A program made the translations under genes and the position numbers. This document shows positions 52,681-62,726 of a stretch of DNA of 64,000 nucleotides, in pieces. The notes under the pieces were generated by a model. It saw nothing but the letters and a program-made list of their open reading frames with translations. It was not told the DNA's origin and ran no database searches. Location: the NCBI GenBank assembly GCA_963827755.1, contig CAWHCQ010000010.1, forward strand, positions 1,999 to 65,998. Reading direction: 5' to 3'. The DNA is from an uncultured Gammaproteobacteria bacterium (GTDB taxonomy: Bacteria; Pseudomonadota; Gammaproteobacteria; UBA9214). Within the stretch, counting starts at the first letter, position 1, and the number at the start of each line of letters is the position of its first letter.

Positions 52681-54668
52681 TTACTCGATGATGACCATCG
52701 AATCCAGGGCGTCGGACGGAAGCGTCACCGAAGTCGATGTCATATCACCCAGCGGGGGTAATACCGGGTGCTTCTCGCTCGGCAACAGGTTAATGCCGTC
52801 ATCGTCCGCCCCCTGTTGCAAGGTCCGAATGTGGTTGTATTTGGTATTCGTATAAAACCTGGACATGGTGGCATCACGCAGGATAACGGGATGTATAAAT
52901 ACCATCAGGTTGGTCCGGGTGACATCGGCTGTCCTCGAGGTAAACAATTCACCAATGTACGGAACATAACCCAGCAAGGGCACCCTCTGAATATCCTCAC
53001 CGACCGTTTCTTCAATCAATCCACCGAGCACCACCATATCTGAATCATCAACCATCACGGTCGTCTTGATGGAGCGTTTGTTGGTAACGATATCGGAGGC
53101 ACCCGCCACGCTCGGGGCGATGCTGGAGACTTCCTGCTCGATCTCGAGCCGCATCGCATCGCCTTCATTGATTTGCGGCTTGATCTTCAGCGTCAGGCCA
53201 ACATCCTGGCGCTGTATGGTCTGGAACGGGTTGGTGGCACTGTCACCTGCCCCGGTACTGGTAAACGAGCCTGTGAGAAAGGGGACATTCTCACCAATAA
53301 TGATCTCGGCCTCCTCGTTGTCCAGGGTAACCAGTGTCGGCGTAGAGAGGATATTGTTATTGGTATCCGATGCAATCGCATTGAGCACACCAATATAGTT
53401 AAAACTGTTGCTGTTGGTCCGCCCGAAGCCAAGCAGGGCATTATCGACGATTGCAGGGAAAAGCACCGCCCGTCCGCAACGCTGGCCGCACCGTTGACGA
53501 TATCCGATATCAGGCTGCCGCTGTTGGTGAAGTTGATCAACCCGACCGGGCCGCTGGAATCCTGCGCACCGTTGAATATCCACTGCACCCCCAGCTCACG
53601 CGCGGTGTCTTCGGTCACCTCCGCGATAATTGCCTCTACCAGTACCTGGGCCCGACGAATATCAAGCTGGCTTATGACGCGTCTGAGCGTGCGCATGATA
53701 TCCGGTGGCGCGGTAATCACCAGTGCATTGGTGGCTTCATCGGCCTGGATATCAAAGGAGTTGCGGCTGGCGGACGCCTTGCCCTGCTGCGCCCCGCGCT
53801 CCTCGAGCTTGCCGACGCCCATCAGGGTGCCTACAAGATCTGCGGCCACGGCGTAATGAAGGTAGACGACGTCCGTGTTGCCACCACTATCCAGCGGTGT
53901 ATCCAGGTGCGAGATCAGCGCCCGCATTCTCAGCCGCGTAGCGCGGTCACCGCCCAGCAGCACGCTGTTGGTACGCTCATCTGCAACCAGCACCTGTCCA
54001 CCCGCAGCGGCACCGGGTGACTTGGCCTTTACCCCCGCAACACGATTAAGACTGGTCAGCACGCGGACAACTTCAGTGGCCGATGCGTGCTGCAGCGGGA
54101 TGATCTCGATTTCACTGTCGCTGACCTGATCGATTCGACGAATAATACTGACAAGGCGCTCTACGTTCCTCGCGCGGTCGGAAATGATCAGTACGTTGGT
54201 TGCCGGGTAAGCCGCCAGGTGTCCCTGCTGTGGTATCAGTGGCCGTAATATCGGCACCAGCTGGGCCGCGGTGACATTATCAACCTGTACCACACGGGTA
54301 ACCATTTCATCACCCTGGCCCGGACTCCTGTCAGTTACCGTCGGAATACCATCCTGCTTTGCATTCACGTCCGGTACGATCTTGATGACCTCGCCACTCG
54401 GTACGGCGGCAAATCCATGTACCTTCAGGATAGACAGAAAGACCTGGTAGACCTCTTCACTGTTCATTGGCCGCGACGAGATCACCGTCACCTTGCCCTT
54501 GACCCGCGGATCAACGATAAAATTCCTGTCCGTCACCGCCGAGACCGTACTGATAAGCGCACCGATATCGGCATCATTCAGATTCAGGGTGACAGTCTCT
54601 GCATGCAGTGGCAGCGACAAAACCAGCCAGGCCAACAGCAGCCATATATTTTTTAACTGTAACTTCAT
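52681..54668 (-). pseudogene. gspD: type II secretion system secretin GspD, one frameshift
   Basis: N-domains are in ORF 53193..54680 (ATG 54668: MKLQLKNIWLLLAWLVLSLPLHA...). The secretin domain is in ORF 52681..53583 (...STPTLVTLDNEEAEIIIGENVPF...). The frames join at GACGGGCGGTGC (plus-strand CCC 53469-53471); one extra G would restore ...VADGAVLFPAIV... Confidence 0.85.
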
Positions 54669-54765
54669 TACGTGTCCCACAACCGTCGTCGCGCTCCGTT
54701 TTACATCCCTATCAGTCTTTATATCGTTAGCTTGAAGGTACTGCTTGAGTAAATCAAATATATCA

Positions 54766-55665
54766 CTACTCGGGCATCCTGAAGCTCATCACCTGTTCCT
54801 GCCCGTTCCGCAATATGGTCATACTGGCGGTGTCGCCACTCTGGATGCTCTTCAGGGCCTGCAAGCCACTCTCGGTGCTATCGAGCCTGACGTCATTGAT
54901 CTGTACGGCCACGTCACCTGCCTGCAGGCCCAGCCCCTTGAACAATTCCGGCTCCCGACCGGGCCGCAATGTATACCCGATCAGCACGTTTCCATCAGCC
55001 CTGTATGGCATGGGCCGTACGACCTCGAGCAGGGTCCTCGGGTTCTTTCTTATATTCTGGCGAATTTCCCTGATCCGCTGTTCATGCCTTGCTGCAAGTT
55101 TTTTTCCGGGTGCCCTTGTTACCGCTGCACGTTTTGACGGGTCGTCCAGCACCAGCCGCAGGGTCTCGAAGCGACCATTACGCTTGAGGATTACCCTGTC
55201 CGGGTAAACCTCGCTTAACTCGGCATTACCGGGCAGCATATCGCCAACCGCATACTGCTCTTCCTTGCCCCGCGGGTCGGCAATAATCGCCCGCGCCTTG
55301 CCGGATTTTTCAGAGGCAAAAACGCCGTGCAAGACCAGCTTGAGTCGTGTATCCGGCGCATCGATCGGCGTATCGACAACCACGGGAGCCTGTTTCTGCG
55401 CCACCACCCCCATCAAGTGCCAGCCCGGCAGCTGGCGTATCAGCTGCGCATTCGGATCAACGGCAACCGGCAAGAGACTGACCTCGATATTTTCGGCCTC
55501 ACCGCCGGCTGGCGGGCCTGCCAGGTTCCAGGTCAACGCGGCCAGCAAGCTTGCAATCCACACCACCAGCAACAGGTTGATTACCAGGATCAACCATCTT
55601 GTATTCCTGCCCTGGAGCAGGCGGAAGACATCTGCCTGTTGTAATGAAAGTACGCTCATCGGCAC
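54766..55665 (-). CDS. gspC: type II secretion system protein GspC (PDZ domain)
   Basis: 299 aa; N-terminal TM WLILVINLLLVVWIASLLAALTW; C-terminal PDZ-like GLQAGDVAVQINDVRL. It lies directly upstream of gspD. Confidence 0.75.
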   Translation of the reverse strand: MPMSVLSLQQADVFRLLQGRNTRWLILVINLLLVVWIASLLAALTWNLAGPPAGGEAENIEVSLLPVAVDPNAQLIRQLPGWHLMGVVAQKQAPVVVDTPIDAPDTRLKLVLHGVFASEKSGKARAIIADPRGKEEQYAVGDMLPGNAELSEVYPDRVILKRNGRFETLRLVLDDPSKRAAVTRAPGKKLAARHEQRIREIRQNIRKNPRTLLEVVRPMPYRADGNVLIGYTLRPGREPELFKGLGLQAGDVAVQINDVRLDSTESGLQALKSIQSGDTASMTILRNGQEQVMSFRMPE

Positions 55666-55692
55666 CCTTTATACATAAATCAACTGCGTCCG

Positions 55693-56982
55693 TTATCGCT
55701 GGTTTGCCCTGCGCCGGTTGCCACTGCTTCTGTTCGCCGGACGTTTCCCGGACTTGCCCGGACCACCTCCGGGGCGTGGCTTGCGCACGATCCTGACCGG
55801 GGGTTTAAGCTTCGCAAGACGATCTTCCCGCACGATTTCAACGGGAATCTTGTGGCCGATAAAGGCCTCGATTTCAGGCAGCGAATAGACAAAACCCTCA
55901 CAGGCAAAACTTACGGCATCACCATCCTTGCCGACACGTGCCGTACGACCGATTCGGTGCACGTAATCCTCGGCATCCTGCGGCAAATCATAATTGAACA
56001 CATGACTGACGTCGGGAATATGCAGGCCGCGTGCCGCAACGTCTGTTGCAATCAGTACAGGCAATTTGCCATCCTGGAATTCTTTCAACAAACGCTGGCG
56101 TTTTGTCTGCGGGACGTCACCTGAAAGCACGGCACACTTGAAGCCGTTGCCTTCCAGATAGGACCATACCCTTTCCGCATTACGCTTGGTGTTTACGAAA
56201 ACAATGCTGCGCAGGGGGTCCATGTGTTGCAGCAAACCGACAAGCAGCGGGATCTTTTCTTCATTGGCAGTGTGATAGACCACCTGCCTTACCAGGTCTG
56301 CAGTGACCTTTTCGGGTTCCACATCGATGTGCACCGGGTTATTCATGTGTTCGTAGGCCAGCTCCTGCACTCGATGCGAGAGGGTCGCGGAGAACAGCAG
56401 ACCAAGACGTTTTTCAGGGGGTGGGCAACGCCGTATCAGATAACGAATGTCATTGATAAAGCCCAGGTCAAACATCCGGTCGGCCTCGTCCAGCACAATG
56501 GCCTGCGCCATTTTCAGGTCATATACGTGCTGTTTGAAATAATCGATCAACCGGCCCGGCGTGCCGATCAGGATATCGACACCGGCCGAGATCGTGTCAC
56601 GCTGTTGTTCGTAGCCGGTACCGCCATAGGCAAGGCCAAGCCGCAAACCGGTGTGCCGGCCAATGAGCGTGGCATCGGTATGAATCTGGATGGCCAGTTC
56701 ACGCGTCGGCGCCAGCATCAGCGCCCGGGGCTGGCTCTTGCTGCGCCGACTATCTGCCGGATGGGTCATCAAATGGTTATAGACGGCCAGCAGGAATGCC
56801 ACCGTCTTGCCGGTGCCGGTCTGCGCCTGGCCGGCGACATCACGCCCGCTGAGCGCCACCGGCAGCGTCTGTGCCTGAATCGGGGTACACATTGAAAATC
56901 CTGCATCTTCAATGCCTTGCATCAGTTTTTCAGGTAAGGAAAAGCTCGAAAAGGGGGTATCGCTTAAATGTGCATCAGACAT
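55693..56982 (-). CDS. rhlB: ATP-dependent RNA helicase RhlB
   Basis: 429 aa; Q motif; [23 protein letters not shown]; Arg-rich tail. Divergent from trxA-rho as in E. coli. Confidence 0.88.
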   Translation of the reverse strand: MSDAHLSDTPFSSFSLPEKLMQGIEDAGFSMCTPIQAQTLPVALSGRDVAGQAQTGTGKTVAFLLAVYNHLMTHPADSRRSKSQPRALMLAPTRELAIQIHTDATLIGRHTGLRLGLAYGGTGYEQQRDTISAGVDILIGTPGRLIDYFKQHVYDLKMAQAIVLDEADRMFDLGFINDIRYLIRRCPPPEKRLGLLFSATLSHRVQELAYEHMNNPVHIDVEPEKVTADLVRQVVYHTANEEKIPLLVGLLQHMDPLRSIVFVNTKRNAERVWSYLEGNGFKCAVLSGDVPQTKRQRLLKEFQDGKLPVLIATDVAARGLHIPDVSHVFNYDLPQDAEDYVHRIGRTARVGKDGDAVSFACEGFVYSLPEIEAFIGHKIPVEIVREDRLAKLKPPVRIVRKPRPGGGPGKSGKRPANRSSGNRRRANQR

Positions 56983-57461
56983 AATTTATTTACACCGGGC
57001 CCGTTAGCGGGGTCATTTTTGGCAGGATTTCATATTATATTTCAAACGCTTGCTAATATGCCACGTTTGTTTTCAGGATGGCCCGCCTGCCCCGGCTATA
57101 GACGCCTGCAAACAGACGGCGGTGAGTGCAAAAAATTGCGGCCTGCATACCTGGAAACACCAGCCCGGGTTATGGACCCTGCAGGCGTGCATGCTGTTGG
57201 CAAAGGATACAGAAAATATTCACGACAGGCTTGTAATATGAACAGATTTAGGCTGAAATACACACATAGAGAAAACGCGTGCAATTGACAGCGTGCACCG
57301 AGATATCAATCAGCCCGTCATGGCTGGACGTTTCCGTTTACAAGAATCACAACACGCCGCATAGCGGTATCCCATTCTGTACGAACATCGTGAACATGGC
57401 ATGTTCCGGCTTCCACCGAATGTATGCAGCGTAACCATTTCAACACAGGAGAATACCTACA

Positions 57462-57788
57462 GTGAGTGAACACATTATCTATGTGACTGATGATACATTT
57501 GAAGCAGAAGTCATAAACTCCCCCGACCCTGTACTGGTCGATTACTGGGCTGAATGGTGTGGACCCTGCAAGATGATCGCTCCAATCCTGGATGAAATCG
57601 CAAGTGAATATAACGGCAAGGTGCGCATCGCCAAGCTGAATATCGACGACAACCCGCAAACACCGCCCAAGTACGGAATCCGTGGAATCCCGACGCTGAT
57701 GCTGTTCAAAGGCGGCAATGTCGAGGCCACCAAGGTAGGCGCACTTTCCAAGTCACAGCTCACCGCATTCATCGACAGCAACATCTGA
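57462..57788 (+). CDS. trxA: thioredoxin
   Basis: 108 aa; GTG start after [15 protein letters not shown]. Confidence 0.95.
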   Translation: MSEHIIYVTDDTFEAEVINSPDPVLVDYWAEWCGPCKMIAPILDEIASEYNGKVRIAKLNIDDNPQTPPKYGIRGIPTLMLFKGGNVEATKVGALSKSQLTAFIDSNI

Positions 57789-57946
57789 CTGAAATGATTG
57801 CTACGAAATCCAACTGCAAGAAAACTACATGACAAACAGAATATACCGGGACAGCTGCACAGCCAGCTAACCCGGCGTTAGCACACATCCCACCGGCCTG
57901 ACAGGCCACTTCAACTATTCACAATGACACATATCAAAGGCTACTT

Positions 57947-59204
57947 ATGAACCTGTCCGAACTTAAACTGAAACCGGCTGCCGAGCTGGTTGAAATAGCA
58001 CAACAAATGGGCGCAGAGGGTACCGCGCGCTCCAGAAAACAGGACATCATCTTTTCCATCCTCAAATCGCATGCAAAAAAAGGCGAGGATATTTTCGGCA
58101 GCGGTGTTCTGGAAATACTGCAGGACGGGTTCGGTTTCCTGCGTTCTGCAGACAGCTCCTACCTCGCGGGCCCGGATGATATTTACGTATCTCCAAGCCA
58201 GATCAGGCGTTTCAGCCTGCGTACCGGCGATACCGTGGATGGAAAGATACGGCCGCCGAAGGACAGTGAACGTTACTTTGCATTGCTCAAGGTCGATGCA
58301 ATCAACTACGAGAAACCTGAAAACGCCAAGAACAAGGTTGCCTTTGAAAACCTGACGCCGCTCCACCCCAATAAAAGACTGGTACTGGAACGCGGCAACG
58401 GCAGCACCGAAGACATTACCGCTCGCATCATTGACCTGGTCGCACCCGTGGGCACTGGGGCAACGCGGCCTGATCGTGTCGCCGCCCAAGGCCGGTAAAA
58501 CCATGCTGCTGCAGAATATCGCACAATCAATCGCATCGAATTACCCGGACGTGTACCTGATTGTGCTGCTGATCGACGAGCGTCCCGAGGAAGTCACCGA
58601 GATGTCGCGCTCGGTAAAGGGCGAAGTGGTGTCCAGCACCTTTGACGAACCGGCAAGCCGGCATGTACAGGTCGCCGAAATGGTCATCGAGAAGGCGCGC
58701 CGCCTGGTAGAACACAAGCACGACGTCGTCATCCTGCTCGACTCCATCACCCGTCTCGGCCGCGCCTACAATACCGTCGTACCTTCATCCGGCAAGGTAC
58801 TGACCGGCGGTGTCGACGCCAATGCGCTGCAACGCCCGAAACGCTTCTTCGGCGCCGCACGCAACGTCGAGGAAGGCGGCAGCCTGACCATCCTGGCAAC
58901 CGCGCTGGTCGACACCGGTTCGCGCATGGATGACGTCATCTACGAGGAGTTCAAGGGTACCGGCAACCACGAGATCCACCTGGAGCGCAGGATCGCCGAA
59001 AAACGCGTCTATCCCGCGATCAACCTCAACCGCTCCGGCACCCGCCGCGAAGAGCTGCTGACCGACCCGAAAGAGCTGCAGAAGATGTGGATACTGCGCA
59101 AGCTGCTGCACCCGATGGACGAGCTGGCCGCCATGGAATTCCTGCTCGACAAGCTGAAATCAACCAAGAGCAATGCACAGTTCTTTGAATCGATGAAGCG
59201 GTGA
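57947..59204 (+). pseudogene. rho: transcription termination factor Rho, split by a single +1 frameshift in a G4 run (probably a sequencing artefact)
   Basis: ORF 57947..58498 holds the N-terminal and RNA-binding domains ([15 protein letters not shown]...DLVAPVGTG). ORF 58431..59204 holds [22 protein letters not shown] and the rest of the ATPase. Removing one G from GGGG 58457-58460 gives an uninterrupted APVGTGQRGLIV. Confidence 0.9.
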
Positions 59205-59462
59205 GAGCGGTGAAGTAGCGTGAGAGTGAAGTGAGAAGTGAGAAGTGAAAAGTGAAGAGTGAAGAGTGAGAAGTTAAGAGTAATGAGCGACGGTCCAGTA
59301 ATAATCAGGCTCCCTAATGCCCGGTTTAATTTTTCGTGTTCTTCCGTGGATTCCGTGGCCATTAAGGTTTTATCTCTCCCTACTCGTACTTCTCAGCTTA
59401 TTCACTCTTCACCCTTATCACTTCACCTTTCACTCTCACTCCTACTTCTCACTTCTCACTTC
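59200..59462. repeat. heptamer-hairpin element E6 with a half core TTTTCGTGTTCTTCCGTGGATTCCGTGGCCAT (59331-59362)
   Basis: Left arm 59200-59287 (12-13 GTGAGAA-type units, 2 perfect). Right arm ~59380-59462 (degenerate, 2 perfect units). Confidence 0.93.
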
Positions 59463-60555
59463 CAAGATTCCGCAACCGGTTCATCCGCAACTCCAGCGGC
59501 GGGTGCGTCGCCATCAGGCTGCTGGACTTCTCCCTGAAGTTCCTGAACGGGTTGACAATGAACATGTGCTGCGTCGCCCGGTTGGCCCCGGCAAACGGGC
59601 GCGCCTGGGTCGCCAGCTTTTCCAGTGCGGATATCAGGCCTTGCGGGTGTCGCGTCAGGCGCACGCTGGTGGCGTCTGCAAGAAATTCCCGCTGCCGGGA
59701 TACCGCCATTTGCACCAGCAGGGCAAAGATCGGCGCCAGTGCGGCAAACGCCATCAGGGCAATCACCAGGAATGCCGCCCCCCCGCCCGCACGCCCGGAG
59801 CGGCGTGAGCGCCCGGAAAAATACAGCGAACGCAACGCGCCGTCGCTCACCAGCGCAATCAGGCCGACGATGACGCCCACCGCCGTCGCATAGCGGATAT
59901 CCCAGTTGACGATATGCCCCATCTCGTGGCCGATCACCCCCTGCAGCTCTTCGCGGTTGAGGGTATCCAGCAGGCCCCGGGTAACCCCGATGGCCGAGCG
60001 TGCCGGGCTCATTCCGGTGGCAAAGGCATTCAGCGCATCGGTCTCGATCACGTAGACACGCGGCTTGCGGATGCCCGCGGCAATCGCCATTTCCTCCACC
60101 ACGTTGTGCAACTGCGGCGCCTCGGCCGCGGACACTTCCGCGGCACCGGTCAGGCGCAGCACAATCCGGTCACCGACACGAAAGGTTATCCACGACCAGA
60201 GGGCGCCGATGACGAGCAACACCAGCGCGCACCAGATTCCCCAGCGGCTGGCGAACCAGATGTCCTCGACACCGGCAGGGACGACACCCAGCACCAGCTG
60301 CAGGGTCCAGCCCAGCAGGTATCCGAGGACCACGAGAATGAAAAGCAGGAACAGCACCAGCCGGCGAGTGGCCTTTTGATTGGCGCGCGCCGCGGCCAGG
60401 AAATCCGTGCGCCGCAACACCTTGTTGACCATGCGCGGACTTTCCTGCCAGTTGCTTTGCAGCGGGGCGCCGCACTGGCGGCAGGTGCTGGCGTGCGCGC
60501 GATTTGCCGCGGCACATTCAGGACACGGCTTGTTGTGTGAGGATGTCATCCGCAA
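59449..60555 (-). CDS. M48 family zinc metallopeptidase (HtpX-like) with an N-terminal zinc-ribbon
   Basis: 368 aa; CPECAAANRAHASTCRQCGAPL; TM helices; HEMGH. The C-terminal ...NLGSEK and stop are encoded by E6. Confidence 0.8.
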   Translation of the reverse strand: MRMTSSHNKPCPECAAANRAHASTCRQCGAPLQSNWQESPRMVNKVLRRTDFLAAARANQKATRRLVLFLLFILVVLGYLLGWTLQLVLGVVPAGVEDIWFASRWGIWCALVLLVIGALWSWITFRVGDRIVLRLTGAAEVSAAEAPQLHNVVEEMAIAAGIRKPRVYVIETDALNAFATGMSPARSAIGVTRGLLDTLNREELQGVIGHEMGHIVNWDIRYATAVGVIVGLIALVSDGALRSLYFSGRSRRSGRAGGGAAFLVIALMAFAALAPIFALLVQMAVSRQREFLADATSVRLTRHPQGLISALEKLATQARPFAGANRATQHMFIVNPFRNFREKSSSLMATHPPLELRMNRLRNLGSEK

Positions 60556-60602
60556 CCTTTATTTAAAGGCTCTTCCCAAAATCAAGAGGGTAGATAACCG
60601 TT

Positions 60603-60624
60603 GTAGGGCCGAATTCATTCGGCC
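60603..60624. repeat. single REP-like palindrome (GTAGGGCCGAATTCATTCGGCC)
   Basis: GTAG head followed by GGCCGAAT/ATTCGGCC inverted arms, between lemA and the M48 gene. Confidence 0.5.
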
Positions 60625-60639
60625 AACAACCTTGTCAAA

Positions 60640-61206
60640 TTAACGCAGATCAACCCCGGGTATCGCCGCCTCGGCTTCCGGCACTTCGAAGTACGTCGCC
60701 TCCCTGAACCCGAACATGCCGGCAATGATATTGGAGGGGAATTCCTGCACGCCGTTATTGAGCGCCATCACGCTGTCATTGTAAAACTGCCGGGAAAAGG
60801 AAATCTTGTTTTCTGTCGCACTCAATTCTTCCATGAGGCGGGCAACGCTCTCGTTGGCCTTCAGGTCAGGGTAGTTTTCCATCAGGGCAAACAGCTTGCC
60901 CATGGCGCCCCCGAGCAGGGTCTCCGCCGCAATCGCCTCTTCCGTACTGCCGGCAGCGACCGCCTGGTTACGCGCCTGGATGACCTTTTCCAGGGTCTCC
61001 TGCTCGTAGGACATGTAGTCCTTCACCACTTCCACCAGGTTGGGAATGAGGTCATGCCGCCGTTTCAGCTGCACATCGATCTGCCGCCAGGCATTCTTCA
61101 CCTGGTTGCGCAAGTTCACCAGGCGGTTGTAAAGCAGCATGCCCGCCAGGGGGATGCCGATGATGATTGCTACGATGATCCAGCCGAATATTTCCATTTT
61201 AAACAC
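60640..61206 (-). CDS. lemA: LemA family protein
   Basis: 188 aa; N-terminal TM; YNRLVNLRNQVKNAWRQIDVQLKRRHDLIPNLVE. Confidence 0.88.
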   Translation of the reverse strand: MFKMEIFGWIIVAIIIGIPLAGMLLYNRLVNLRNQVKNAWRQIDVQLKRRHDLIPNLVEVVKDYMSYEQETLEKVIQARNQAVAAGSTEEAIAAETLLGGAMGKLFALMENYPDLKANESVARLMEELSATENKISFSRQFYNDSVMALNNGVQEFPSNIIAGMFGFREATYFEVPEAEAAIPGVDLR

Positions 61207-61218
61207 CTCTGGTAAACA

Positions 61219-61432
61219 GGTGAAAAGTTAGAAGTGAAGAGTGAAAGTGCAAGACCATGATAGCCACGGAATCCACGAAAGAACACGGAAAAACTATTCT
61301 TAAGGTATTTATCTTTTCGTGTTCTTTCGTGGATTCCGTGGCCATTACACTTCACTTCTCACTTCTCACCTCTCACTTCTCACTTCTCACTTCTCACTTC
61401 TCACTTCTCACTTCTCACTTTTCACTTCTCCC
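61219..61432. repeat. heptamer-hairpin element E7 with the complete palindromic core (61260-61345)
   Basis: Left arm 61219-61253. Core ATAGCCACGGAATCCACGAAAGAACACGGAAAA / ~20-nt loop / TTTTCGTGTTCTTTCGTGGATTCCGTGGCCAT. Right arm of 11 TCACTTC-type units (61352-61428), 6 of them perfect in a row. Confidence 0.95.
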
Positions 61433-62705
61433 GGTCCAGGGCACGATAGCCGATATCCGTCCGATAAAAGGCATCAGGCCAGTGAATCCGCTCGACACAG
61501 GCATAGGCCCTGTCCCTTGCCTCGCGAATAGTAGCACCCAGGGCACAGACACACAGCACACGCCCGCCGCTGGTCACGATGGCGCCGTTTTGCTCCTGCG
61601 TACCGGCATGGAATACCTTGCAGTCGTCATCATCGACTGGCGGCAAACCCTCGATGACATCGCCCTTGCGGTACTGTTCCGGATAGCCGCCGGCGGCCAT
61701 GACCACGCCCAGCGCGGTACGCTCATCCCATTGCACATCGACATCGTCGAGCTCGCCGTCAACCGTGGCCAGGCAGAGTTCGACCAGGTCGGACTGCAGG
61801 CGCAGCATCACCGGCTGGGTTTCCGGGTCGCCGAAGCGGACGTTGAACTCGAGCACCTTCGGCGTGCCATCGGCCGCAATCATCAGGCCGGCATAGAGAA
61901 AACCGGTAAACTCATTGCCCTCTTCCGCCATTCCGCGGATCGTCGGCCGCATGACCTCCCGCATGACCCGGCGATGAATGTCCGCTGTTATGACCGGGGC
62001 CGGTGAGTAGGCGCCCATACCCCCGGTATTCGGACCTGCATCACCGTCATCACGCGCCTTGTGGTCCTGCGAGGTCGCCAGGGGCAGGCAGTGGGTGCCA
62101 TCCACCATCGCGATAAAGCTGGCTTCCTCGCCTTGCAGGAATTCCTCAATCACGACGCGGTGCCCGGCCTCGCCGAACACGTTCCCGCCAAGCATGTCGC
62201 TGACGGCCGCGATCGCTTCATCCACGGACTGCGCCAGGATAACGCCCTTGCCCGCGGCCAGCCCGTCGGCCTTCACCACGATCGGGGCGCCCTGCTCGCG
62301 GATATAGGCAGCGGCCTTGTCGATATCGGAAAAACTGGCGTACGCGGCCGTGGGAATCCCGTGGCGGGCGAGAAAGTCCTTGCTGAAGGACTTGGAACCT
62401 TCCAGCTGCGCGGCCGCGCGGGTGGGGCCGAAGCAGCGCAGGTCGGCGGCCCTGAAGCGGTCGACGATACCGGCGACCAGCGGAACCTCGGGGCCGACAA
62501 TGGTCAGCCCGACTTCATTGTCCGTGGCGAAGGCAAGCAGGGCATCGATGTCGGTGGCCTCGATCGCGACGTTCTCCACGCGCGGCTCCCGTGCAGTCCC
62601 GGCGTTGCCCGGCGCCACGAACACCGTATCCGCCCGCGAGGATTGCGCCGCCTTCCATGCCAGGGCGTGTTCGCGCCCGCCACTGCCGATGATAAGAATA
62701 TTCAT
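61422..62705 (-). CDS. purD: phosphoribosylamine-glycine ligase
   Basis: Start at ATG 62705 after AAGGAAAAAA (MNILIIGSGGREHALAWK). The ORF-track extension to 62786 is a translation of E8. The C-terminal ...LDREK and stop are encoded by E7. Confidence 0.93.
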   Translation of the reverse strand: MNILIIGSGGREHALAWKAAQSSRADTVFVAPGNAGTAREPRVENVAIEATDIDALLAFATDNEVGLTIVGPEVPLVAGIVDRFRAADLRCFGPTRAAAQLEGSKSFSKDFLARHGIPTAAYASFSDIDKAAAYIREQGAPIVVKADGLAAGKGVILAQSVDEAIAAVSDMLGGNVFGEAGHRVVIEEFLQGEEASFIAMVDGTHCLPLATSQDHKARDDGDAGPNTGGMGAYSPAPVITADIHRRVMREVMRPTIRGMAEEGNEFTGFLYAGLMIAADGTPKVLEFNVRFGDPETQPVMLRLQSDLVELCLATVDGELDDVDVQWDERTALGVVMAAGGYPEQYRKGDVIEGLPPVDDDDCKVFHAGTQEQNGAIVTSGGRVLCVCALGATIREARDRAYACVERIHWPDAFYRTDIGYRALDREK

Positions 62706-62726
62706 GGTTTTTTCCTTTGGAAAAAA

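Noticed and set aside
58431-58498. Programmed frameshift or overlapping-gene arrangement in rho
   Set aside because: There is no slippery heptamer or stimulatory structure. Removing a single G from a G4 run restores a canonical Rho sequence, and the same kind of indel occurs in many unrelated genes.
59009-59362. ORFs beginning MATESTEEHEK / MATESTDAHLK / MIATESTKEHGK (also 49738-50010 and 61257-62006)
   Set aside because: The shared N-terminus is a translation of the conserved core ATGGCCACGGAATCCACGGAAGAACACG. The downstream parts are unrelated and overlap real genes or repeats.
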